From a virus (taxonomy: Duplodnaviria; Caudoviricetes), in the IMG/VR virus record IMGVR_UViG_3300032030_000007, positions 32,001 through 96,000 of that record: 64,000 bases of DNA; one strand, given 5' to 3'. Each line of letters opens with the position of its first letter. Positions within the stretch are counted from its first letter, which is position 1. This document shows positions 19,494 to 27,995 of this stretch, piece after piece. The notes under the pieces are model-generated. The model was not told where the DNA came from, ran no database searches, and saw only the letters and a program-made list of their open reading frames with translations. The position numbers and the translations under genes were made by a program.

Positions 19494-22008
19494 TCATAGT
19501 TTGATTAAATTAGTTCCTTTGATAACGGTATCTTTTAATCCTTCTTTATTATTCCAATAATCATTTACAGAAAATTCATCCCAATGAATAAGATATTTCT
19601 GTACTTCAATTTTACATTTATCTCTATCATTAATGACACCAGTATATTTCTTCCAATCAATTTCATTTACTGGTTTACCTGTCTCTTTAATGATTGTTCC
19701 TTTTCTTAAGCCTGGAGACTGAACTATTGTGACTGCTGCTACAACTTTATCACCAACTTTAAGTTCATTTCCAAATGCGTCTTTCTTCCATTCCATAATT
19801 ACATACTAAATAGAAAATTTTCCTGTTCTAATTTAATTCTTTTCCATTCATTATTATCTACGATTTTCTTACAAGATATGCAATCTTTATATTCATCTGT
19901 AAACTTAATCATAGAAAATGCTGAATCTGTACAAGCTTTCCATTCTCCATACGGAATTGATCCTTGTAATCCATCTGCGTTCAAATAAAATTCATCTACA
20001 ACAATATTGTTCTCTTTACAGAATGCAATAACTTTATTAACAAGCTCAGCATGAAGAGATCTGAATTTATTAGTGATCTCCTCATCCTGACAAATCTGTA
20101 AAGGAAATTTCTTAGTCTTCGAATCCTCCATTTCGTTCATTAGATGTATTTCGTTCATTTATAATCTTATAATAATAATCTCTAATATCATCAAACATCT
20201 GACTCCATGTTGGAATATTAACTGAATAATGATTTTTTATAGCATATTGATAGTTTTTATTATTTCTATACATTTCAATAGCTTTCATAGTATCTTCATA
20301 TTCCTGTAGATCATTATATCCAATGAAATTACAAAAAATTCTAAAATGATTGATTCTCATTTCTCTGGCTTTAATTTTATTTTCGTATCCTTCAACAATA
20401 TCATTTAGATCATCAAACCCTTCCATTACTAATGTCAAACCAAAACCAACAACCCCATATATGCATAAAATAACAAATATGAAAATAAACCATACATTTG
20501 TAACATAATAAGCATTATATTCAATAAGTTTATTATAAGCCTTTCCATTATCTTTGAATTCCTCATTCTTAACAGTAACAGTTTTTCCGTTATCTGTTAA
20601 ATATGTAATGTCATAAAAATAATGATAATGGTTATTTTCTTTATTACAAACTTCTTTATGAACCAATGTCTTATGAATTACTTCGCCTTCCTTTGAAATA
20701 AAATCAGGTGGAATATTTACAAAGATATTAGCAATAAGCCAAACTATTATTACTAAAAATGTTATTACTGAACTTCTACTAAAATAATATCCCCACATAT
20801 ATATTTATTCTTTGGTTGTATATTATTTAATGATTCCCTTTGTGTACTCAAGAATATAATTGATAGCTCCATACTCAGGATTGATAATACCCATAAGCAT
20901 TGCATCATAATCTACACTAAATACTGTGCATATGCCAATAATCATTAAGATCAATGGTACAACAACTGCATATGTAATGGCTTGCATATTCTTTGTATAC
21001 TTCCTCCAATTCCATAGCCCAATAAAGAACAAGATGACACCGCCAATCATAATGCAGCATTCCTTTACACCGATAACGAAATACTTCTTAACCAATACTC
21101 CATATACATGCTCAGCAGCTACTCCAATTGCTTTACCAATGGAAACAATAGCAGACTTAACATCAGGATAGATACTTGAAGCACCAGCCTTAGCATCATT
21201 ATAGACTGTACTTACAACAGCTTTACCATCATGATAAACAGAATCAACACTATTAGTCAATACATCACCAACTCCTGCATATGATACACAGGTAAATGCA
21301 AATAGCATTACAAATAAAATCAAAAATTTCTTCATAAATTATTACTTTTTATTAATATCTTTTAAACACGATACTACACAAATTGATGTAAAAAATGAAA
21401 AACAATAAACTGACAAATTAGCAGCTATACTTTTCTGAATATCCATTTCTGGGAAAGCATAATCCCATAAGATAATTCCAAATAATGAAACTATTCCTAA
21501 GAATACATAAGTAAACAAATTTTTATTCATACAATTAAATTCTTTTGATAAACCCAATATTCAATTTTATATTTATATTGCAAATTCCGCCAATCAGATT
21601 TTTCTACATATTCAGGTTCTCCATTGATAACAGAACCTATCATTCGTCCTATAGTATTTTTAAATACGATTAACTTCTTATTTTTTGTTAAAGCTAAAAC
21701 AGGTTCATTCCAATCTTCAGGAATATCGTATGCATCATTCCAAATAAATTCTACTTTATTCATAGTGTTGCAATTTCATTATCAATTTCTTTAATCTTTT
21801 CAATAGCCCAAATCTTTACATAATCATTAAATTCATTCTGTAAATCTTCAAACTCATGGAATGTTAAATGAAGCATTTCGCCAAAGATATCTGAATAATA
21901 AATAACTCCTGCATTACCTCCTGTATTAGTAAAACGATTTAAAAATTTTTCAATATTTTCGCGTTTATCACGAAGCAATACAATTCTTTCGAACTTTTTC
22001 CTATCCAT
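19494..22008 (-). CDS. Array of seven small hypothetical proteins, several with hydrophobic segments (19494-19796, 19799-20158, 20112-20798, 20823-21335, 21342-21557, 21527-21763, 21760-22008)
   Basis: Abutting co-oriented ORFs; 20823-21335 has a signal-peptide-like start and TM segments. Confidence 0.6.
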
Positions 22009-22010
22009 AA

Positions 22011-22448
22011 TTAATAAATTTTATCATCCTTTATCCAATCATAAATCATTTTCCAATCAATATCAGGATCAAATCCAAACTTATCATCAAATCCAACATT
22101 AAAATAAAATTTCTCTGAAAGATCTAATGATACAGGATCTGTCTCCAGTCTTGATACTTCAGGATTTTCATTTGCATAATCAAAATGAATACCATTTTTT
22201 TCAAAAACATTCAAATACTTATCAATATATTCTTTTGTTGAACTAGTCCAAAGAATCAATTTGACACCAGGAGCTTTTGAAAACTGAACAAGAACTTCTT
22301 TAGCATAAGGATAGAACTCAAACTTTTCCTCTTTAAGATATGATGGCTTAAATACAGTTCCATGTACATCTACAAGAAGATAAATGTAATCCCACTTCTT
22401 TTCAAGAGCTCGAACTATTGCATTTTTGATAGCTTTTATAATACTCAT
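22011..22448 (-). CDS. HAD-superfamily-like hydrolase
   Basis: LVDVHGT, LILWTS, FDYANENP, GFDDKFG motifs. Confidence 0.7.
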   Translation of the reverse strand: MSIIKAIKNAIVRALEKKWDYIYLLVDVHGTVFKPSYLKEEKFEFYPYAKEVLVQFSKAPGVKLILWTSSTKEYIDKYLNVFEKNGIHFDYANENPEVSRLETDPVSLDLSEKFYFNVGFDDKFGFDPDIDWKMIYDWIKDDKIY

Positions 22449-23405
22449 GATCTATTATATCTATTCTTATTAATAAATTTAATAAATGCATTTAAAGCAT
22501 CATTATAATTATCAAATCCATATATCTTTTCAATATATGATGTATCGTATCCTTCAAAAGTTACCTTTTTATAATCAACAGGACAAATTCTATAACAACG
22601 ATCTAAATAATCTGCATAACGGCGAATGTAATATTTATCTTTATATAAAGAAATTACAAAATACTCGTGCGCAATTGTAAAATGCTTATCTGCATTAGGA
22701 TTTGAAATCTTAATATTTCCTTTAGATGTCAAAGATACTTCCCATCCTTTTCCAAGGTCATTCTTAATTCTATTATTAATATATACCAATGTAATATTAC
22801 CAAAATTTGTTTTCATATATTTAATCTTTTATAATATTCCACTCTTTATTACGTAAATATATATCACCTATAAGATATTGTATATTAAAATATTTTTTAT
22901 CAATAATTATATATTCATCACCTTCTGAAATTTCAGGAACAATAATCTTAATTAAAGGATTCTTTTTATTTATAAGTGTTATCATATTTATAAATTAAAA
23001 ACTTGGATCTCTGTATGATTCTGCATGACCAATATGAATTCCACCACAGTCCCAAAGACCGCGACCTTCCTCAACCCAACGATGATTCTTTCGTAATGTA
23101 TACTTACGAGGAACATTATGTGACTTATAACCAAACTTATCAGGAACGAACTTTTCATATTCCTTCAGAAGATTTTCAGGAAGAATATCTAAACCATTCT
23201 CATTAGTAACAAATTTATCCTCATGAGAATTAAGAACATGAGCAATCATAATAGCCTTAGGAGAAAGAACCTCAGTTACGACCATTGCATAACTATCAGA
23301 ACCAATGAAATATGTAGCGCCCATGCCAGGAACAATACCTGAAGTTTCTGACTTCTTAACGTTCATTACTTCATTTACTGTGTAATAAGGAATTGAATTT
23401 GCCAT
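22445..23405 (-). CDS. Hypothetical proteins 22445-22816 and 22995-23405
   Basis: ORFs in array downstream of promoter motif. Confidence 0.6.
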
Positions 23406-23506
23406 ATCTTTATATTTTATTTGTTTGATAATTTAATATAGATCATTATCAAAAAAATTCAAATATAATAAAAAAATGGAACTATAAATTAATCTAATTC
23501 TATTTG

Positions 23507-23577
23507 TAATCCCAATAGGAATCAAACCTATACCTATTCTTTAGGGGAGAATTATGCATTCATTACACCATAGGATC
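23507..23577 (-). tRNA. tRNA-Arg(CCT), degenerate or possibly pseudo
   Basis: Cloverleaf GATCCTA/TGGGATT, ATTCT-CCCCTAA-AGAAT; has C33 and T-loop TTTGATT. Confidence 0.65.
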
Positions 23578-23947
23578 ATACATCACCTCTTAATTTCAAT
23601 GTATTATATAACTCTTCGATATGATCAAATAAAGTTTTGTAATATCTTCCATAAGTAGTTTTCCAAAACCCATCTTTATCATATTCGTATCTTGTTATAT
23701 ATTCATAAAGATTTTCTCCTTTATTCAACAAATCATAATAATACTTAATATCTTTTATAGTCCAATATAGCATATCATAATTTCCGTGTTCTATTGGACG
23801 ATCCCACCCTTCAGTATGAAATAACAAAATATGTAAAGCATTTCTATATTTGTAAATACCACCACGTTGAATACCAAATTTTTTGCAATTACGATTTTTT
23901 GGTATTTTATTCCAACCAAATTTTCGTTTGTCTTTTAATGCTTTCAT
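23576..23947 (-). CDS. Hypothetical protein within tRNA cluster
   Basis: 123-aa ORF; stop overlaps the tRNA 5' end. Confidence 0.6.
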   Translation of the reverse strand: MKALKDKRKFGWNKIPKNRNCKKFGIQRGGIYKYRNALHILLFHTEGWDRPIEHGNYDMLYWTIKDIKYYYDLLNKGENLYEYITRYEYDKDGFWKTTYGRYYKTLFDHIEELYNTLKLRGDV

Positions 23948-23971
23948 AAATTGAATATTTAAATATTTACG

Positions 23972-24054
23972 AGCTTATACTGAGAATCGAACTCAGATCT
24001 CCACCCAAGATGGTGTTCTCCATCGTCTGTGATTTACCATTAAACTATATAAGC
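23972..24054 (-). ncRNA. tRNA-like RNA with non-canonical elongated anticodon arm
   Basis: GCTTATA/TATAAGC acceptor, D arm, CTGAG-TTCGATT-CTCAG T arm; centre is CAC..GATGG-AGAACA-CCATC..GTG with no 7-nt loop. Confidence 0.7.
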
Positions 24055-24059
24055 ATATG

Positions 24060-24241
24060 TAGGGATGATGGGATTCGAACCCACGCTATGTTTAAGGTGG
24101 TACATAAAACGCGCTTCCTTACTCGAGTTTCACCTCTTTTCAGTGCTTCCGCAAACTTAACTCCTGGATTTCTCCTTCAAGACATTTTCCACCACGACAC
24201 TCGTTTTATCGCGCTCTGTCCAAGTTCTGAGCTACATCCCT
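24060..24241 (-). ncRNA. 182-nt tRNA-like RNA (ACG-type loop) with ~105-nt structured insertion in the variable region
   Basis: AGGGATG/CATCCCT, GCTC/GAGC D arm, CGATA-AAACGAG-TGTCG, GTGGG-TTCGAAT-CCCAT. Confidence 0.75.
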
Positions 24242-24250
24242 ATATATAAG

Positions 24251-24326
24251 TGACCGCAGAGGGATTCGAACCCCCGACTTCTTCGTTCGTAGCGAAGTGC
24301 TCTAAAATCCACTGAACTATGCGGCC
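24251..24326 (-). tRNA. tRNA-Arg(ACG)
   Basis: CTTCG-CTACGAA-CGAAG anticodon arm, canonical cloverleaf. Confidence 0.95.
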
Positions 24327-24333
24327 AATAATG

Positions 24334-24408
24334 TACTCCGGATGGGACTCCAACCCATGACCTGAATATTAGAAGTATCCTGCTCTATTGCAACTGAGCT
24401 ACCGGAGC
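24334..24408 (-). tRNA. tRNA-Arg(TCT)
   Basis: GGATA-CTTCTAA-TATTC; atypical T-loop TTGGAGT. Confidence 0.9.
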
Positions 24409-24415
24409 ATAATTG

Positions 24416-24491
24416 TGACCCTGGAGGGATTCGAACCCCCAACCTGAAGGGTAGAAGCCAACTGTTCTAAATTCCGTTGAACTACAGGGCC
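24416..24491 (-). tRNA. tRNA-Arg(TCT), second copy
   Basis: GTTGG-CTTCTAC-CCTTC with two U.U mismatches; other arms canonical. Confidence 0.85.
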
Positions 24492-24503
24492 AAATGCGGC
24501 TAC

Positions 24504-24570
24504 GCAATTTATTTTTACAAGGAGCCGTAACCTATCTCCTCAACCTTTATCCTTTGGCATCTGCAATTGC
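24504..24570 (-). ncRNA. Small structured RNA related to 24602-24717
   Basis: GCAATT/AATTGC terminal stem, TGC[C]AA/TTGTA bulged-C helix, shared GATGCC and TAGGTTAC motifs. Confidence 0.5.
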
Positions 24571-24601
24571 ATTGTACACTACAATATACAAATAAAGCTT
24601 T

Positions 24602-24717
24602 AATTGAGAACCTTGCAAGTAACCTAATCAAGCATTCAGTGGATTCGAACCAGCATCCCCTCTAACGGGAGGTATTTTACCCTTAAACTATCGTAGTCTT
24701 TTTCGGCATCCTCAATT
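24602..24717 (-). ncRNA. Structured RNA: long terminal stem enclosing a tRNA-like D/central/T core
   Basis: AATTGAGGA/TTCTCAATT, TGC[C]GA/TTGCA, TAGTTTAAGGGTAAAA D-like arm, TGG-TTCGAAT-CCA T loop; no normal acceptor end. Confidence 0.6.
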
Positions 24718-24718
24718 G

Positions 24719-24790
24719 TACCCCCGGTAGGATTCGAACCCACATCTTATGATCCGTAGTCACACGTTCTTTCCTTTGAACTACGGGGGT
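24719..24790 (-). tRNA. tRNA-Arg(ACG), second copy
   Basis: ACCCCCG/CGGGGGT; TGTGA-CTACGGA-TCATA. Confidence 0.93.
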
Positions 24791-24794
24791 ATAT

Positions 24795-24974
24795 ATACAT
24801 ACTCATCTATATAATGATCACTCTATAGAATTTTACAGTTGGCCATCTCACAGTCCGCATATATAATTTATATAACTCGTATATTTTATGATTGCACCTG
24901 CATCCTCATTGAAATTACTGCCACTCCTGACAGAAGGGATTCGAACCCATATCCTCCTAACTTGTAGTATGTAT
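24795..24974 (-). ncRNA. Circularly permuted tRNA-mimic RNA (YrlA-like topology)
   Basis: 9-bp terminal stem ATACATACT/AGTATGTAT; T arm, then closed CTGTCA-GGAG-TGGCAG stem, then TA and ATTTCA/TGAGAT. Confidence 0.5.
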
Positions 24975-24980
24975 TATATA

Positions 24981-26159
24981 TTAAAATCCAATTCTAACTG
25001 ATTTAAATTCTTCTTCAGTTGTTAATTCTTTATAAGTTCCATTTCCATATTCAATATAACCAAAGTTCTTATACAAATTATCTTTTACATCATCGTTATA
25101 CCATTCATACATATCTTTCAGAGGTGGCATTTCCAATAGATGCTTAAGATTATGTTTTTGAATACACCAGCCATCATATATTAACTTTGTATAAATATTT
25201 AATTTCCATTTTTCATTTGACATAAACCATGCAGATTTTGGCCAATTCCCGTTAACATACATATCGTACATTGAATCTAAGCGTTTTAAATAAATCCAAA
25301 AACGACAGAATAGCCAATGACATAATTCTTCTCTAACTTTTGCTGACCAATAATCTTTATCTCCAGGTCCTACACCAATAATAAATGTTGGATTAGATTG
25401 TGTATATGTTGATCTACTAGATATAAATACTCCACATGCATATTCTTGTTTTTCAATCCATGCCCATATATGTCTATTACCACCATTCTTATTGCCATCA
25501 ATACGAAGTTTCTTAATCTTTATATTTGCTTCCTTCATAAATGGAAGGTTATTTATCTGTTCAATTACTTGTTCCTTTGTCATAATCTCTTTATTTTATT
25601 CATTTGAAATTACAACTTGAAATTTTTCCAAGAGGCCACCACCTAATTTATAATTTCAGGAAACTTTTACTTACGATACTTATCTGGTCCCATATCTTTA
25701 TGCAATTATTTCAATAAACTCATAAGAATCATCAGACTCATCAAATGTTCCACAATTATTATACTGTTCAATATATGCATTCTTTACATATACTGTATCA
25801 TCCTGACCGTAACAATCTTGTTCCATATATCCTTTCACATGAACTTCAACTGACATATTATCATTTAGTCCATTATTTGAAAGTTCCTCGAGTCTATTAA
25901 TAAACTCACGTAATGTCATCCAATCTTTCATAATCTAAAATAAAATATCAAATAAATCGTAACCTAACTCATACTCATCATCATAAGCAGATATTTGAAG
26001 TTTTGCTTTCAGTTTCTCCTCATTGTCATAAATCTCAATATATCTTCCATTATCACCAAGATGACAGAAAATAATACCAAAACCAAAAATAAACTGATTA
26101 CCTGGTTGGAGATTCAAAACTTCTCTTAACTTACTTAATGTATCTGAACTAAAACTCAT
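24981..26159 (-). CDS. Hypothetical proteins 24981-25583, 25698-25931, 25935-26159
   Basis: Co-oriented ORFs between the candidate attenuator and the tRNA cluster. Confidence 0.65.
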
Positions 26160-26222
26160 ATTTTATATAATTTAAATATTATATAAATAATATAGATTAC
26201 TTTATAAAAAATTCAATAAATC

Positions 26223-26266
26223 AAAGAACAAAAATAGCAGAAATTCGTATGTGAACTCCTGCTATT
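26223..26266 (-). terminator. Intrinsic terminator of candidate attenuator
   Basis: AATAGCAGGAGTTC-ACATAC-GAATTTCTGCTATT followed by TTTGTTCTTT. Confidence 0.85.
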
Positions 26267-26302
26267 CAAATATGCATTACTGTTTAGTTTATATCTTTAA
26301 GT

Positions 26303-26374
26303 TCACATAACAATTTTGTAGAATCGTCTAACTCTACGTCTATTGTCTATATTTATGTAAACTATGTTTTTCAT
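26303..26374 (-). promoter_or_regulatory. Arg-rich leader peptide MKNIVYINIDNRRRVRRFYKIVM of a candidate translation-coupled attenuator
   Basis: Codons AGA CGT AGA GTT AGA CGA; the stop lies in TATGTGAACTT, complementary to GAGTTCACATA inside the terminator. Confidence 0.72.
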
Positions 26375-26444
26375 ATTTAATTTGTATTTGTTTATATTTA
26401 GTCTAAATTTATAATTTATAATAAAACTTTAAATATTTGTATAT

Positions 26445-27263
26445 TTAAAATTTAGATATATTTTTAATTTTTTTCAATAAATCCCAAATTATTTTCAATG
26501 GCCAAAAAACAATACAGCATAATAATAAAAATGATAATATTGGATTATCATTTCTTTCTATTTCATGTCTGTATTTTTTTACAAACCAATATACGGTTAA
26601 CGTAATCCCTATAATGTAATAAATAAGGGCACATATACTCATTACTTTAATATTAATGTTTTATAAAAATAATATCAAAGTTAAGCATATTTCCCCTTAA
26701 TTTTATCTATTTCTATTTGTAAACCTTCTATTGATAATGCCATTATTTCACTTAATGGAAAATGCTCAGTAAATTGAGCATCCTTTTGTTCTTTTAATAG
26801 TTTTCTTAATTTAATTTCTCTTTCAAAATTCTTTAGATTAATTAAGTCTTCAAAATCTGTAATGTCTTTATATTTCATTATCTATCATTCTTTGTGTTTG
26901 CTGTTTTAAACGTGATCTTCGTAATTCTCGCCCGCGTCTCTTGATTGATTTATTTAGTCTTCGTTCATAAATGTCTCCCCAACGAGAATCAAAACCAACT
27001 AAATTGTTTCCTTTATAAAGAACACCAGTAGTCTTAAATTCTTTAAGAAGCCTACGATTTCGTTTCTTATTAGGATGACGACAATTATTTAATGTATCAT
27101 TTAATGGATTAAATTTTTGTTCTGTTGTATATGAATAATCAAAATCAGAAGTATCACCAGGCTTATATTCCTTCCAACCAGTCTTAAGACCTTGTGGATA
27201 TTCTGTTACTTCTTTATTATGCTTATACTTATATCTCGAATTAAATGACTTACTCATAATCAA
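26445..27263 (-). CDS. Three hypothetical proteins (26445-26642 membrane-like, 26681-26878, 26868-27263 basic)
   Basis: Co-oriented ORFs. Confidence 0.6.
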
Positions 27264-27910
27264 TACTTAACTACATAACATCTAAAATATTTATACCAAA
27301 ATTCAATCAACTTGCGCTTCCATTTCTTAGGAGCATAAAGTTCAATAGTCTTACGATGGTTGAATGCCCATTTATAATTATCAATATCATCAATAGGAAT
27401 CCATTTAACGGAATCTACTTCATTTTCCTCTCCACCTTCACGTTTTACATATGATGGCTTAATCTTACCAAGAAATGCACGATGACGAATAGTTACATTT
27501 CCGTTATTACATTCCTCAGGTTCTGTCTCAACATGAACAACTTCAAGATCATCCAAATCAATTCTAAATCCACATTCCTCAAGAATCTCTCGAGCAATAC
27601 CTTCCTTAGAATTTTCAAATCTTTCAAGGAATCCACATACAGCATTCCAACATCCTTGATAATCTGGAGTACCTGGACCACGAAGATTTGCAAGAATAGA
27701 ATACTTACCATCTACAATTGCATATATAAAACCAGATACAGCAACAAATCGTCCAGAGAAAACTGTCTTTGGTTTACCTGTGCATTTATACGTTTCTTTC
27801 TTTGACTTATTAGTTACTAATTGTTCAACATCCTCAGGGAGCCATGCCTTATAAGGAAAATTCTTACCGTACTTTTCTAAATTCTCTTGATTAATTCCTT
27901 TGAAAACCAT
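27260..27910 (-). CDS. Nudix hydrolase
   Basis: Nudix box GFLERFENSKEGIAREILEECG; C-terminal WAFNH. Confidence 0.9.
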   Translation of the reverse strand: MVFKGINQENLEKYGKNFPYKAWLPEDVEQLVTNKSKKETYKCTGKPKTVFSGRFVAVSGFIYAIVDGKYSILANLRGPGTPDYQGCWNAVCGFLERFENSKEGIAREILEECGFRIDLDDLEVVHVETEPEECNNGNVTIRHRAFLGKIKPSYVKREGGEENEVDSVKWIPIDDIDNYKWAFNHRKTIELYAPKKWKRKLIEFWYKYFRCYVVKY

Positions 27911-27945
27911 AAATTAAATGTTTAAAATTATTGATAATAATATAG

Positions 27946-27976
27946 ACAAAAAAAGGAACATATTCAATGTTCCTTT
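27946..27976 (-). terminator. Terminator whose loop contains the -35 element of the next promoter
   Basis: AAGGAACA/TGTTCCTT hairpin plus T run on minus strand. Confidence 0.7.
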
Positions 27977-27995
27977 ATTGTTTTTTAATTATAAT

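Noticed and set aside
24120-24150. Hammerhead ribozyme in the tRNA insertion (CTGAAAAG...GAAA)
   Set aside because: Does not match the CUGANGA core, and GAAA is not in the required position
24010-24249. 79-aa plus-strand ORF
   Set aside because: Antisense to tRNA-like RNAs; not a credible CDS
24416-24491. Amber suppressor reading (CTA) of the anticodon loops here and at 23507-23577
   Set aside because: Stem registers place TCT and CCT at positions 34-36; CTA is off-centre
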